The notes: generated by a model not told the origin, from the sequence alone. A stretch of DNA of 63,172 bases from a bacterium (GCA_043818275.1 JBDRFY010000062.1:1-63172), one strand, 5' to 3'; counted from the first letter of the stretch, positions 9,247 through 19,534 are shown. Translations and numbers: made by a program.

Positions 9247-10158
9247 ATGAAAAACTTTAAAAAATATTTGCTTGTTTTGTTCGCAATAACAATTTTTGCT
9301 AAAAATTTAAATAGCATGTATCAAGAACCACAATTAAATTTTCCATTTGATCCACGAGAATTTGACTGGCAAAATCCAGAACACATTCAAACACTAAAAG
9401 AACTTTATAACAATAATCTCAGAATGATCATAATTATTGCATGTAGCGTAAGAGACATAATACCTATTGAGGATGGCGCAGAAATCGAATTACATGAAGG
9501 GCAAAGAATTATTGCCTTACATAAAAGAAATAAAGTTGGTCAGCATCTTGTAGATGAATACGGAAAATCAATTACTCAAAATCATTTGATTGAAAAGCCT
9601 GATGAGTTCTTTTTAAACTTAATCGATAAATTAATGTTTTTAATAAAACAAACAACACCACAATTGTTTACTTACAATGACTTACTTACTCACAATAAAA
9701 AAATGGGACTAGTTAAAGGAGTCGATAGCTATCTTGATCAGGATCCTGCTCAAATTAGGGCTAATAATAATTTAACTACAAGAGATGGAAGGTGGGTATC
9801 TGGTCAAGGACAGGTAACGCGAGAAGTGGTAAATGTAAACACAAAGTTTAGACAATGCCTAAATAATCTTGAAACAATACTCGAGTTATTAAAAGCTTAT
9901 TTTTCTGAACAAGAAGGAGTTGTCAAAAAACAACTTGTCGTTTCACCTAAAACAACCATTGCCTTGCGAGAGGGAAGAATAAGAACTTCTTCTGGAAGCA
10001 AAATGATACAAATTAGAACCCAAACACAAAATCCTAAACAATCAGAAATATTGGAAACAATAAATAATTTATTAAATCAAATTTATAGCTTCTATAATCT
10101 ATATTCAACCCCTCCGGTAAGCCCACACTCTCCAAAAAGGCTTAAACCTTTTAAATAG
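9247..10158 (+). CDS. Hypothetical secreted protein
   Basis: Signal-peptide-like N-terminus (MKNFKKYLLVLFAITIFAKNLNS); no recognisable domain. Confidence 0.45.
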   Translation: MKNFKKYLLVLFAITIFAKNLNSMYQEPQLNFPFDPREFDWQNPEHIQTLKELYNNNLRMIIIIACSVRDIIPIEDGAEIELHEGQRIIALHKRNKVGQHLVDEYGKSITQNHLIEKPDEFFLNLIDKLMFLIKQTTPQLFTYNDLLTHNKKMGLVKGVDSYLDQDPAQIRANNNLTTRDGRWVSGQGQVTREVVNVNTKFRQCLNNLETILELLKAYFSEQEGVVKKQLVVSPKTTIALREGRIRTSSGSKMIQIRTQTQNPKQSEILETINNLLNQIYSFYNLYSTPPVSPHSPKRLKPFK

Positions 10159-10360
10159 CAGCCTTCTTAACTTTTTTCATTTTTCAGGTATATTATGAGC
10201 ATATCAAGCAAATTAACGCAGAAAAAGTTTCAGTTTGTCTTGAAATTTTGTTGTAAATATAAAAATTATTTAAAATCACAAAGACAATCTCAAAATTCGT
10301 TCATTTAAGTGCAAAATTAAACAATTCAATGTTTGTCATTGGTAAATAAGAGGTTTTTTA

Positions 10361-11590
10361 ATGAAAAGAAAACTAATTCCTTCAAATAAATTAATGTTAG
10401 CTGCTGTCATGCTTGGAATAGCTTCAGGACTTGCGGATATTTCTTATGTTTATGTTCTTGCATCCGGAATATCTAACGTTTTTATGAATCTATTAGAACT
10501 TATTAGTTTGCCAATTATTTTTCTTTCAATTGTGTCTACAATTTCCAGCATAGAAAATATTGATGAAATGAAAATATTAGGAAGAAAAGTAATAAAGTAT
10601 ACTCTTTTTACAACTATAGTAGCCTGTTTGATTGCTATTGGAATGTTTGCTCTCATAAATCCCTCAGGTACTCCTTTAAATTTTGCAACCGATTTGAATA
10701 AAACAGGAAATATTTCAAGTGTATTAGCCTTCCTGTCTCAAATTATTCCTTCAAATATAGTTCAGGCTTTTTCGAATAACAGCAATGTTTTATCTGTGGT
10801 ATTTATTGCCCTTCTTTTGGGTTTTGCAATTATTACGTTGCCCGATGATAAACAAAAATCATTAAGCGAACTTTTCTCAAATCTTTTTGAAGCAATTTTG
10901 CGAATCACAAATTTTATTGTTTATGCAATGCCAATAGGAATTTGGGCATTCGTTACAATTTTCACCAAAGACTTAAAAACAAACATCAGTATTTTAAATG
11001 AACTCTTTTTATTTACATCTGCAGTGCTAATAACCAATTTAATTCAGGGCGGAGTTGTTTTACCTTTAATGCTAAAATTTAAAAAATTAAAACCAATCAA
11101 AATGTTTAAAGCAATGTATCCGGCAATTATGTTTGGCGGAATTTCAAGATCCACAAGCGGAGCATTACCAATAACATTAAAATGCGCTGAAACAAAATTG
11201 GGAATTTCTTCAAAAGTTGCTAACTTTTCATTACCAATTTGCGCAACGATAAATATGAATGGTTGCGCAGTTTTCATGATCACAACAATAATGTTCATGG
11301 CGACTAACCATGGTCTTTCACTTTCAATTTACGACCTAATGTTGTGGGTTGTAATAGCAACTCTGGGCGCAATTGGAAATGCAAGCGTGCCTATGAGTTG
11401 TTACTTTTTGACAAGCGCTTTCGTTGCCAGCATGAATATTCCACTACATATTCTTGGTATAATTTTACCTATTTATTCTTTAATCGATATGGTTGCTACC
11501 GCACTTAATGTCTGGTCAGACTCAACAATCACTGCAATTATTGACCAGGAAATCAAACAAAGTGGTCAACTCGAGGAAACTTCCAAGTAA
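10361..11590 (+). CDS. Dicarboxylate/amino acid:cation symporter (DAACS/GltP-SstT family)
   Basis: 409 aa polytopic protein with the family-like motifs SGALPITL and ATINMNGCAVF. Confidence 0.7.
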   Translation: MKRKLIPSNKLMLAAVMLGIASGLADISYVYVLASGISNVFMNLLELISLPIIFLSIVSTISSIENIDEMKILGRKVIKYTLFTTIVACLIAIGMFALINPSGTPLNFATDLNKTGNISSVLAFLSQIIPSNIVQAFSNNSNVLSVVFIALLLGFAIITLPDDKQKSLSELFSNLFEAILRITNFIVYAMPIGIWAFVTIFTKDLKTNISILNELFLFTSAVLITNLIQGGVVLPLMLKFKKLKPIKMFKAMYPAIMFGGISRSTSGALPITLKCAETKLGISSKVANFSLPICATINMNGCAVFMITTIMFMATNHGLSLSIYDLMLWVVIATLGAIGNASVPMSCYFLTSAFVASMNIPLHILGIILPIYSLIDMVATALNVWSDSTITAIIDQEIKQSGQLEETSK

Positions 11591-11752
11591 AATTCCAACC
11601 TAAAAATCGCTATTTTGCAAAAGAATCAAAGAAACAAATTCTCATTCTTGACTTTATATAGCCACAATATGGTAAAATAATGACAGATAGAAATATTGCG
11701 TTGATATTTATTAAAAAAAAGCAAAAAAAATTCAAAAAATAAGGGGGCGGTC

Positions 11753-12400
11753 ATGAAAAATTTTAAATTTTTAACATTTTGGCTGATACCGTTAATTTTC
11801 ACTAGTCATTTGTTTAGCCAAAATGAACTCGAAGATCTCAAAAGATATACAAAAGAACTTGAAGAAGCTTTCAAGGCAAAAATTCAAATGGATGAATCAA
11901 TAACGCCAACATCTGTTCACAAAGAATTAAAAATTAATTTTGACAAGCTAAGCCCAAATGTTTTGGGAAAAATTAAAGGCGAAGCTAAAGGTAAATTATT
12001 CGATGTTCTTTCAGCCAATGAATTAACAACAAAAAATGAACTGGATAATGCTATAACAACCTCGCAGGAAGTTTTAATAAAATTAAAAGAAGAAAATCAA
12101 AAGGGACCAGAGCCACAAAGCCCAACACCTACCCCTCCTGCTCCTCTGCCCTTAATACCAGAACCAATAATTCCCCAAGGTCTTATGCCACCAGTTGCAA
12201 TGCCTGAACCAATTCCAGCACCTACTGAAATTCCACCAATGCCAACTCCATCACACGAAATAATACCTCCTCCAATGCCAGAACCATTACCAATCACTCC
12301 TGAACCTATACCAGCACCACCAACACCTGGAATTATTCCTCCATCATCAATGCCTGTAGAAATACCACCTCCACCTCCTAATTTAGCAATGCAACCTTAA
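11753..12400 (+). CDS. Secreted proline-rich low-complexity protein
   Basis: Signal peptide followed by a C-terminal half dominated by P-E-P-I-P-A-P type repeats. Confidence 0.5.
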   Translation: MKNFKFLTFWLIPLIFTSHLFSQNELEDLKRYTKELEEAFKAKIQMDESITPTSVHKELKINFDKLSPNVLGKIKGEAKGKLFDVLSANELTTKNELDNAITTSQEVLIKLKEENQKGPEPQSPTPTPPAPLPLIPEPIIPQGLMPPVAMPEPIPAPTEIPPMPTPSHEIIPPPMPEPLPITPEPIPAPPTPGIIPPSSMPVEIPPPPPNLAMQP

Positions 12401-12426
12401 TTTTTTTAAAAAAATATTTATAATTA

Positions 12427-12455
12427 AAAGAGCGCAAAATTTGCGCTCTTTTTTA
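12427..12455 (+). terminator. Rho-independent terminator
   Basis: aaaagagcgcaaaatttgcgctctttttt: a GC-rich palindrome flanked by an A-run and a T-run. Confidence 0.7.
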
Positions 12456-12474
12456 TTTACAAATAAGGACAAAA

Positions 12475-12714
12475 ATGTATAGCAAATATTATCAATCACA
12501 TGTTAAAAAAAGCAAAACATGGTTCATTATCGGAAGTCTGAAAAATGAAGAGAATCTCGCTTTTGTAAGAACACTTGATAAAAAACAAGGAATTTTAGAA
12601 TATTTTGTTCCAGAGTCGCATGAACAAAAATTTTTAAATTTAATGAATTATTTCATTCAAAAAAATTTAATTTTTAATTTAGAAGAAAAAAAAAACAGAT
12701 TGAAAATTCAATAA
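12475..12714 (+). CDS. Hypothetical small protein
   Basis: 79-aa ORF in an otherwise empty gap; no recognisable domain. Confidence 0.3.
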   Translation: MYSKYYQSHVKKSKTWFIIGSLKNEENLAFVRTLDKKQGILEYFVPESHEQKFLNLMNYFIQKNLIFNLEEKKNRLKIQ

Positions 12715-12737
12715 TAAACCGGGCAATACCCAGTTTA

Positions 12738-14162
12738 TTATTTAGTTAACCGTTTTTTAATTAAATCAGTATCCAACATTTCAAAAAGATCATGAATACC
12801 AATTCCGCTAAATTTACCAGTTAATAAATATCGAATTAATTTAAAAATATCACCGGTTTTTATTTTATTTTCTTTGCCATTCTGTTTTAATTTATTTAAA
12901 AATTTATCCGGCTCACGAATCAGTTCTAAATTTTTATTAATTAAATCCAAAATAAGTTTACTTAAATCAGTACTAAACTCTTCTTCAATTTTTATTTCAT
13001 CAACTTCAGGTTCCTGGAAACAAAAAGCTAATTCTTTTGTCATACCATGAAGAGTTTTTATATCTCCCCTTACCTTTTCAATCAAGAATTCTATTTTTTC
13101 ATCAGAAAAATCTTTGCTCATTGGATAAGCTTCATGTAAAAATGGTTTTATTCGTTCAACCAGTTCTTTTAAATCAAGTTTTGAAATCCATTTGTGGTTA
13201 AACCATAAAAGTTTATCAACATCAAATTTAATTGATCCGGTTGAATTAAGATTTGAAAAATCATATTTTTTTACAAGCTCATCCAGTCCTTGAAGTTCCT
13301 CGAGAAATGATGTGCCTATTATTGCCAAATAATTTAATATTGCTTCTTTAAGCACGCCCTCTTTTTTTAAATCTTCCAATTTGAAACCAAAATCGCGTTT
13401 AGACAATTTTTTACCATCGACATTACAAATCATAGGCAAATGCCAAAAGCGTGGCAAAGGGATGGCAAATGATTCAAAAAGAGCTGCCTGCATTGCTGAG
13501 TTGGTTAAATGATCTTCCCCCCGAATGACATGAGTAATTTTCATAAGCCAGTCATCAATAAAATTTGCAAACAAAAAAGTAAAACTTCCATCCGATCTTG
13601 TAAGCGCAAAATCAGAAAAGTTTTTCATATCAAACTTAACAGTCCCCCTGGCCATGTCATAAATTTCCTGTTCTTCATCTTCATTAATTTTAAACCGCCA
13701 AATAAATGGAATATTTTTTACTAGTTTTTCTTTTATTTGATCATCTGATAATGTGCGGCATCTTCTGTCGTATCGCGGAGGATTTCCTTGAGCAATTTGT
13801 TGCTTGCGCATATTCATCAATTCTTCTTCGGTGCAAAAACAACGATAGACTTTTTGATTTTCAATTAAATCATCGAGATTTTTTTGATATAAATCTTTTC
13901 TTTTTGATTGCAAATATGGTCCATATTTTCCACCAATTACCGGACCTTCATCATAAGCAAGACCCAAATGTTTTAAATCTTCAACTATTTCATAGCCAGC
14001 CTCATCCATGTTTCTGGCAACGTCTGTATCTTCAATACGAAGTACAAAAACTCCACTATTTTGTTTTGCAAAAAGATAATTCATTAAAGCAGCGCGAATA
14101 TTTCCTAAATGCATAAATCCTGTTGGAGATGGCGCGAATCTTACACGAACTTGTTTAGACAT
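12738..14162 (-). CDS. gltX: Glutamyl-tRNA synthetase
   Basis: RFAPSPTGFMHLGNIRAAL (HIGH region) and KLSKRD (KMSKS region). Confidence 0.9.
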   Translation of the reverse strand: MSKQVRVRFAPSPTGFMHLGNIRAALMNYLFAKQNSGVFVLRIEDTDVARNMDEAGYEIVEDLKHLGLAYDEGPVIGGKYGPYLQSKRKDLYQKNLDDLIENQKVYRCFCTEEELMNMRKQQIAQGNPPRYDRRCRTLSDDQIKEKLVKNIPFIWRFKINEDEEQEIYDMARGTVKFDMKNFSDFALTRSDGSFTFLFANFIDDWLMKITHVIRGEDHLTNSAMQAALFESFAIPLPRFWHLPMICNVDGKKLSKRDFGFKLEDLKKEGVLKEAILNYLAIIGTSFLEELQGLDELVKKYDFSNLNSTGSIKFDVDKLLWFNHKWISKLDLKELVERIKPFLHEAYPMSKDFSDEKIEFLIEKVRGDIKTLHGMTKELAFCFQEPEVDEIKIEEEFSTDLSKLILDLINKNLELIREPDKFLNKLKQNGKENKIKTGDIFKLIRYLLTGKFSGIGIHDLFEMLDTDLIKKRLTK

Positions 14163-14291
14163 TTAAACTCCTTTAAAATTTTAATTCTTATTAATAATAA
14201 AAATATACATTAATGTGGCACGAAAATAAAAAAATGTTAAAATACTGCTTCGTTTAACAATCATATTTAATCAAAAAAAGAGGATCTCGGA

Positions 14292-15242
14292 ATGAAAAAA
14301 TTCAAATCAATTCTTGAACTTATCGGCAATACACCGATGGCAAAATTGGATCTCAATACAAATGCAACATTTCTTGCAAAATTGGAATTTCTAAGCATTG
14401 GTGGAAGTATTAAAGACCGCTCTGCTCTTTTTATGATTGAACAGGCAGAAAAAAATGGTTTATTAAAACAGGGTGGAACAATAGTTGAAGCTTCTTCCGG
14501 AAATCAGGGAATAGCATTGGCATTAATTGGGGCTGTTAAAGGTTACAATGTAATAATAACGGTACCAGATAGAACAAGCATCGAAAAAATTGCAGTACTT
14601 AAAGCCTACGGCGCAAAAGTTTATATTTGCAAAAACACAGATACTCTGGACGATCCGGAAGGTTATCATGTAAAAGCTGAAATGTTACATAAAAGTATTC
14701 CGGGATCCTTTATGCCAAATCAATATTACAACAAAGCAAACATGATGGCACATTACTCTACAACAGGTCCTGAGATTTGGGAACAAACAGAAGGTAAAAT
14801 AACTCACCTTTTTGTTGGCGCAGGTTCATGTGGAACAATTTCCGGAGCAGGAAAATATTTAAAAGAAAAAAATCCAAACATAAAAATAATCGGCATTGAT
14901 TCTGAGCATTCAGTTTATTCAAGTAAAAATCCAAAGGCTTATGACTCTGAAGGAATTGGAATCGACGTTATAAGTGATAACCTGGATAAAAATTCTTTTG
15001 ATGAAATTTTAACCATTTCTGATGAGGATGCATTTGAAACAACAAGAAAAATTGCAAAACTTGGAATTCTTGGAGGAATTAGCAGCGGCGCCGTTATGCA
15101 TATTGCACTTGAATATGATAAAAAACTTAGTAAAAATGATTTGGCTGTTGTAATGATTGCTGATTCTGGAAGAGCTTATCTTAGTAAAGTTTTTGTTGAA
15201 AAAAAACTTGAAAAAAACAAAATTAATCAAGCAACTGTATAA
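14292..15242 (+). CDS. cysK: PLP-dependent cysteine synthase family protein (CysK/CysM/CBS-like)
   Basis: GGSIKDR (PLP lysine) and SSGNQGIALA motifs; 316 aa. Confidence 0.75.
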   Translation: MKKFKSILELIGNTPMAKLDLNTNATFLAKLEFLSIGGSIKDRSALFMIEQAEKNGLLKQGGTIVEASSGNQGIALALIGAVKGYNVIITVPDRTSIEKIAVLKAYGAKVYICKNTDTLDDPEGYHVKAEMLHKSIPGSFMPNQYYNKANMMAHYSTTGPEIWEQTEGKITHLFVGAGSCGTISGAGKYLKEKNPNIKIIGIDSEHSVYSSKNPKAYDSEGIGIDVISDNLDKNSFDEILTISDEDAFETTRKIAKLGILGGISSGAVMHIALEYDKKLSKNDLAVVMIADSGRAYLSKVFVEKKLEKNKINQATV

Positions 15243-15244
15243 AA

Positions 15245-16060
15245 ATGTTCGAATTCACAAAATGTCATTCTCTTGGAAATGATTTTATTCTTCTGGATTT
15301 TTATAAAAAATCCAAAAATGAACTAACAAAACTTATATCAAATACAAACTGGAAAAGCTTTGTAATTAAATCATGCGACAAACATTTTGGAGTAGGTGCC
15401 GACGGAATTTTAATTATTTCTCAAAATAACGAAATCTTAATTTTTAATGCTGATGGTTCACAGGCAGAATTGTGTTTAAATGGCCTTCGTTGTGCTGCTT
15501 ATTACTTATTTAAAAAATACAAATTACCCCCATTTTTTTCATGTATCATGGGAGGACAAAAAATTGATTGCGAAATTGATAATAAAAGTGTAATTAATCA
15601 AATAAAAATCAAGTCCTCAATTGAAGAAAAAACAATTAAAATAAGCGATCAAAAATTATCCGGTCATTTTTTACAAATTCCCAATCCACATTTTATAATT
15701 CAAAAAAAAATAACCAATAAAAATTTTCTTAAATTATCCCCATTAATTGAGAGTCATAAAAATTTTAAAAATAAAACAAATATCGAATTTATCTGGCATT
15801 CGAATGAAAACAATTATGAAATGTTAGTTTATGAAAGAGGCGTTGGCCCTACTCTTGCATGCGGTTCTGGAGCAACTGCGGTTTTTTATTTAATTTCTCA
15901 ACTAAATAAAATCAAATTAAATCAAAAAATTATCATTAAAATGCCTGGGGGAAAATTAACACTCTGGTTAGATAAAGATAAAAAAATAAATATGCAGGCA
16001 GAAGCAAATTTTATTTTCACAGCAAGCTTCAATAAAGATTTTCTTGAATTCTTGTTTTAA
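15245..16060 (+). CDS. dapF: Diaminopimelate epimerase
   Basis: FTKCHSLGNDFILLD, NADGSQAELCLNG and ACGSGA motifs. Confidence 0.8.
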   Translation: MFEFTKCHSLGNDFILLDFYKKSKNELTKLISNTNWKSFVIKSCDKHFGVGADGILIISQNNEILIFNADGSQAELCLNGLRCAAYYLFKKYKLPPFFSCIMGGQKIDCEIDNKSVINQIKIKSSIEEKTIKISDQKLSGHFLQIPNPHFIIQKKITNKNFLKLSPLIESHKNFKNKTNIEFIWHSNENNYEMLVYERGVGPTLACGSGATAVFYLISQLNKIKLNQKIIIKMPGGKLTLWLDKDKKINMQAEANFIFTASFNKDFLEFLF

Positions 16061-16114
16061 ATAAATCAAAACAATAAATTAAATGCATATTTAAAAATAA
16101 CAAAAGGGGAAAAT

Positions 16115-16561
16115 ATGAAAAAAATCTGTTTATTATTTTTAGCCATCTCTTTTAATTTAGCCAACGGTTTAGTTATTAAAAATCAGGCTAAAAAAACAAT
16201 TGTTGTGATAACCAATTATTCAAATGAACAGTTTTACAGAGCACATGAATTAAAACCAAGCATGCTAAACAGCCAACCAAGCATAAAAGCAAACATTGCA
16301 AATTTAGTTGAAATACAAATTTATGATAAAATTCCAACCAACTATAATACCGGTAAACAAATCGATATTAAACAAATAGAATCACTCAATGACACTTATC
16401 AAAATGTTTATAAAAAAATACCCAAAAATGAACCCGCTGAACTCTCAAGTCCAATTGTAGAAATTGATAAAAACGATTTAACTGATTCAGAATATGCAAT
16501 TATGCCTTCGCCTCAAGGCAAATTAACTTTCGTGGAAGTTGCTTCAAATATTAAAAGTTAA
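16115..16561 (+). CDS. Hypothetical secreted protein
   Basis: Signal peptide MKKICLLFLAISFNLANG; no recognisable domain. Confidence 0.4.
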   Translation: MKKICLLFLAISFNLANGLVIKNQAKKTIVVITNYSNEQFYRAHELKPSMLNSQPSIKANIANLVEIQIYDKIPTNYNTGKQIDIKQIESLNDTYQNVYKKIPKNEPAELSSPIVEIDKNDLTDSEYAIMPSPQGKLTFVEVASNIKS

Positions 16562-16651
16562 CTATAAATTGGGCTTTTTAGTTAAAGTAAATAATCTTTT
16601 ATGCTAAAATCAGACTTTATTATAAATATTTTTCAAACGAAAGGTTTTTGA

Positions 16652-18286
16652 ATGCAAGATACCTGGATTGTGTTAATCCCCCCTATTATTGTTATTGCAT
16701 TTGCTTTTTTAACCCACAGAATTTTCTTCGCTTTAATATTAGGTCTTTTAAGCGCAACATTTATAGCCACTGATTTTGCAATAATAGAATCATTTCATAT
16801 GGCAATTAAATATGTTTGGAATATTTCTGAATTACAAAACCTGTCTTCATTGAAATTATTTTTTGACAGTGACAATTTAATGCTTATTTTATTTTCATTT
16901 TTACTTGGAATAATAACAACTTTGATAATTAATACCGGTGGGGCAAAAGCGTATCAAACATTAATAAATAAAAGGGTTAAAGACAAAAAAGATGTTGAAA
17001 AAGCAACTCTAAATCTTTCATGGTTTTTCTTTCTGGATGATTATTTTGGAAGTTTAACCGTTGGTTCAGTCATGAGGCCAATAACAGATCAATTCAAAAT
17101 CCCAAGAATAAAATTATCTGTACTTGTAAATTCTATTGCCGGCCCATTGTGTCTTATTGTTCCAATTTCAAGCTGGGGCGCGGTTATAATGATGAATCTT
17201 GAAAAATCTGGTATCTCAAATGGAAACTTAAACCAAAACATTACAATACATGCTGATCCATTTTATCTTTATTTAAATTTTATACCTTTTATTTTTTATT
17301 CAATAATAATAATTGCTTCCACATGGTTTGCAGTATTAAAAAAAATATCATTTGGAATTATTTACAGACAGGAACAAATAGCGAAAAACACAGGAAATCT
17401 TTTTGGCGGCAAAATCCCAATCAATAGAAACAATTTTTTAAACAAAACACAAAGTAATCTCTTTGATTTTTTATTCCCAATAATTTCTTTAGTTATATCA
17501 ATCTTTTCTATGGTTCTTTATACAGGAAATTATCATCTTTTAGGTGGATCAAATAATTTTGTTGAAACATTAAAATCTGCTGAATTTATAAGATCATTAT
17601 TCATAGGCGGTTGTATTAGTTTTTTAGGAAGCTCAATTTTATATTTAAGCCGAAATAAAATAAGCTTAAAAAAATATCTATATTCGATTATTGAAGGAAT
17701 TGAATTAATTGGACCTTCTCTTGTTGTATTAATTCTTGCCTGGTCTTTAGCAGACATTTTAAATACTCAACTTTTCACTGGGCAATACCTGGCAAATTTA
17801 TTAGTTGGAAAAATAGGAATTCAACTTTTACCATTAATGTTTTTTGTCGTCACCGCAACAATTGCTATAGCAATAGGATCAGCCTGGGGGACTCTTGCAA
17901 TTATGATTCCTCTTGCAGTTCAAATGTTAATTTCGATGTTTAACCTAACCCCACCGGTAGAATTAAGCCAACTCCCAATAATTTATCCTGTTCTTGGCGC
18001 AATTTTATCCGGAGCTGTTACAGGAAATCATTTATCTCCAACCGCAGATACAATGGTTATGTCTTCAACAAGTACTGCCGCTTATCACATGGATCACGTT
18101 AAAGGACAGCATGTTTATGCAATTCCAGCATTAATCTCCACTGCAATTGCATTTTTATTTGCAGGATTCTTTATTAATTACAACACAAAAATAGTTTTGA
18201 TTTTTTCTCTGGGAATAGGAATAGCTATAAATTTTGCTCTTCTTACAATTTTGAATCAAATTAAAAATCATATTTCAGAAAATTAA
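16652..18286 (+). CDS. Na+/H+ antiporter NhaC-family membrane transporter
   Basis: 544 aa polytopic protein with an NhaC-like layout. The family assignment is by general resemblance only. Confidence 0.5.
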   Translation: MQDTWIVLIPPIIVIAFAFLTHRIFFALILGLLSATFIATDFAIIESFHMAIKYVWNISELQNLSSLKLFFDSDNLMLILFSFLLGIITTLIINTGGAKAYQTLINKRVKDKKDVEKATLNLSWFFFLDDYFGSLTVGSVMRPITDQFKIPRIKLSVLVNSIAGPLCLIVPISSWGAVIMMNLEKSGISNGNLNQNITIHADPFYLYLNFIPFIFYSIIIIASTWFAVLKKISFGIIYRQEQIAKNTGNLFGGKIPINRNNFLNKTQSNLFDFLFPIISLVISIFSMVLYTGNYHLLGGSNNFVETLKSAEFIRSLFIGGCISFLGSSILYLSRNKISLKKYLYSIIEGIELIGPSLVVLILAWSLADILNTQLFTGQYLANLLVGKIGIQLLPLMFFVVTATIAIAIGSAWGTLAIMIPLAVQMLISMFNLTPPVELSQLPIIYPVLGAILSGAVTGNHLSPTADTMVMSSTSTAAYHMDHVKGQHVYAIPALISTAIAFLFAGFFINYNTKIVLIFSLGIGIAINFALLTILNQIKNHISEN

Positions 18287-18298
18287 ATTTTTACCTAT

Positions 18299-18337
18299 AA
18301 AAAAATACCACGATAAATTTATCGTGGTATTTTTTAT
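18299..18337. terminator. Bidirectional Rho-independent terminator between convergent genes
   Basis: A 13-bp perfect stem, ataccacgataaa/tttatcgtggtat, is flanked by an A-run and a T-run. Confidence 0.8.
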
Positions 18338-18347
18338 TTAGTTTTTA

Positions 18348-18635
18348 TTATCTATGCAACGGACAATAAGGCAACAATGCCATTGAACGTGCAATTTTTA
18401 TATTTCTGGATAAATGTTTTTGATGATAAATACAATTACCTGAAACCCGTGAAGGTAAAATTTTAAAACGCTCTGTCATAAATCCTTTTAACAAATTAAC
18501 ATTTTTGTAATCCAAGTCTTTTTCCTGCTCAGGATTAGAACAAAAACGACAGTGCTTTTTAGTTAAAAAGGATTGTTTTCTTACTTTTTTCTTTAACAGA
18601 CGAGAACTTACTTTTAATTTAAATTTTTTTGACAT
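18348..18635 (-). CDS. rpsR: 30S ribosomal protein S18
   Basis: CRFCSN...[25 protein letters not shown]...[20 protein letters not shown]. Confidence 0.85.
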   Translation of the reverse strand: MSKKFKLKVSSRLLKKKVRKQSFLTKKHCRFCSNPEQEKDLDYKNVNLLKGFMTERFKILPSRVSGNCIYHQKHLSRNIKIARSMALLPYCPLHR

Positions 18636-18646
18636 ATTTATATCCT

Positions 18647-19267
18647 TTAATTTTCCGTGATTTCTTCATCTGCTTCAGATTCAATTACTTCGTCTTTTTT
18701 CTCCCGATCATCCTGCTTGTCTTCCGAAGTGCCGCTATTTCGCGGTACGTAGGAGGAAGCTTGTCGAAGGGCTTCAATTTCAACTTCTATTTTTTCTTCA
18801 TTTTTAGATTCTTTATCTTCTTTATTAATTTCATCATTAATTTCCTTCCTTTCCTTTGGTTGGGACAAGAAGCTTTCCATTTTATTTTCTTTCAAAAAAG
18901 AATCTAAATTACCAACTCTAGGAGCTTCCAAAGCTTCTGGCTTAGAATAATCAATTGAAGAATTTGATTGCAAATTCACATCAACGTGACGTAAAACAAC
19001 ATCATTGAACTTAATTTTTAACAAATTATGAAGTTGTTTAAAAAATGAATTTAATGATTCTTTTGGAATCTCATAACGGGTAAGAATATAAATACCATAA
19101 TCATTCTTTTGAACAGGATAAGCAAGCCGACATTTACCCCATGGATCAAAAGTATTAATTCTACCCTTAGAATCCACAAGAATCTTATCAATGCCTTGTT
19201 CTATCTTTGAAATCTCATCGCCTGTTGCTTCTGAACGAAGAAGCATTAACGTTTCATAACGAATCAT
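18647..19267 (-). CDS. rpsF: 30S ribosomal protein S6 with a long acidic C-terminal extension
   Basis: [18 protein letters not shown]... The start is placed at the ATG at 19267, preceded by AGGAGA. The tail contains a GC-rich repeat module. Confidence 0.85.
   Translation of the reverse strand: MIRYETLMLLRSEATGDEISKIEQGIDKILVDSKGRINTFDPWGKCRLAYPVQKNDYGIYILTRYEIPKESLNSFFKQLHNLLKIKFNDVVLRHVDVNLQSNSSIDYSKPEALEAPRVGNLDSFLKENKMESFLSQPKERKEINDEINKEDKESKNEEKIEVEIEALRQASSYVPRNSGTSEDKQDDREKKDEVIESEADEEITEN
18702..18773 (-). repeat. Family-1-like GC-rich module inside the rpsF C-terminal extension (sense orientation)
   Basis: The minus strand reads cccttcgacaagcttcctcctacgtaccgcgaaatagcggcacttcggaagacaagcaggatgatcggg and is translated as [24 protein letters not shown]. 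Confidence 0.65.
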
Positions 19268-19483
19268 AGAAGTGGTTCTCCTAAACATACGGTTTAAAAA
19301 AATTAAAAGGAGATAGCAGCAAAAGCTACTATTGGTACCTAAAACCCTTCAACCTCTCATCAAATTTGAGGCCCTGGGTAATCGGAATCTATTAAAAAAA
19401 TATTCAATCACACGAAAAATTATTGTAACAAAAAAACACTTTTAATCAAGTAAAAAACGATTTAAAAGCACCATTTAATAAGA

Positions 19484-19534
19484 AACGCCGTTCACTCTGA
19501 GAAGCCTTTAGGGCATCTCGAAGGGTACGGCGTT
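19484..19534 (-). repeat. Family-1 module embedded in an 8-bp outer stem
   Basis: aacgccgt...acggcgtt flanks the reverse complement of cccttcgagatgccctaaaggcttctcagagtgaacgg. Confidence 0.7.

Noticed and set aside
10195-10308. 37-codon plus-strand ORF (MSISSKLTQKKFQFVLKFCCKYK...) in the gap before the DAACS transporter gene
   Set aside because: It has no ribosome-binding site and an AT-driven Lys/Phe-rich composition. It is most likely a chance ORF in a promoter region.
12097-12297. 66-aa Gly-rich minus-strand ORF
   Set aside because: It is the mirror image of the proline-rich tract (CCN read as NGG on the opposite strand). It is not an independent gene.
13509-14116. Plus-strand ORFs antisense to gltX
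   Set aside because: They are shadow ORFs opposite a conserved aminoacyl-tRNA synthetase gene.
18636-18646. Absence of ssb between rpsF and rpsR as a possible deletion
   Set aside because: rpsF-rpsR adjacency without ssb occurs in various bacteria. This is not evidence of anything unusual without genome-wide context.
18629-18907. 92-aa plus-strand ORF overlapping rpsF
   Set aside because: It is antisense to the rpsF tail and has a Phe/Ile-rich nonsense composition.
19289-19400. Possible rpsF (S6:S18-binding) leader motif upstream of rpsF
   Set aside because: Only a short hairpin (cctc...gagg) is visible. I cannot match the conserved motif by eye.
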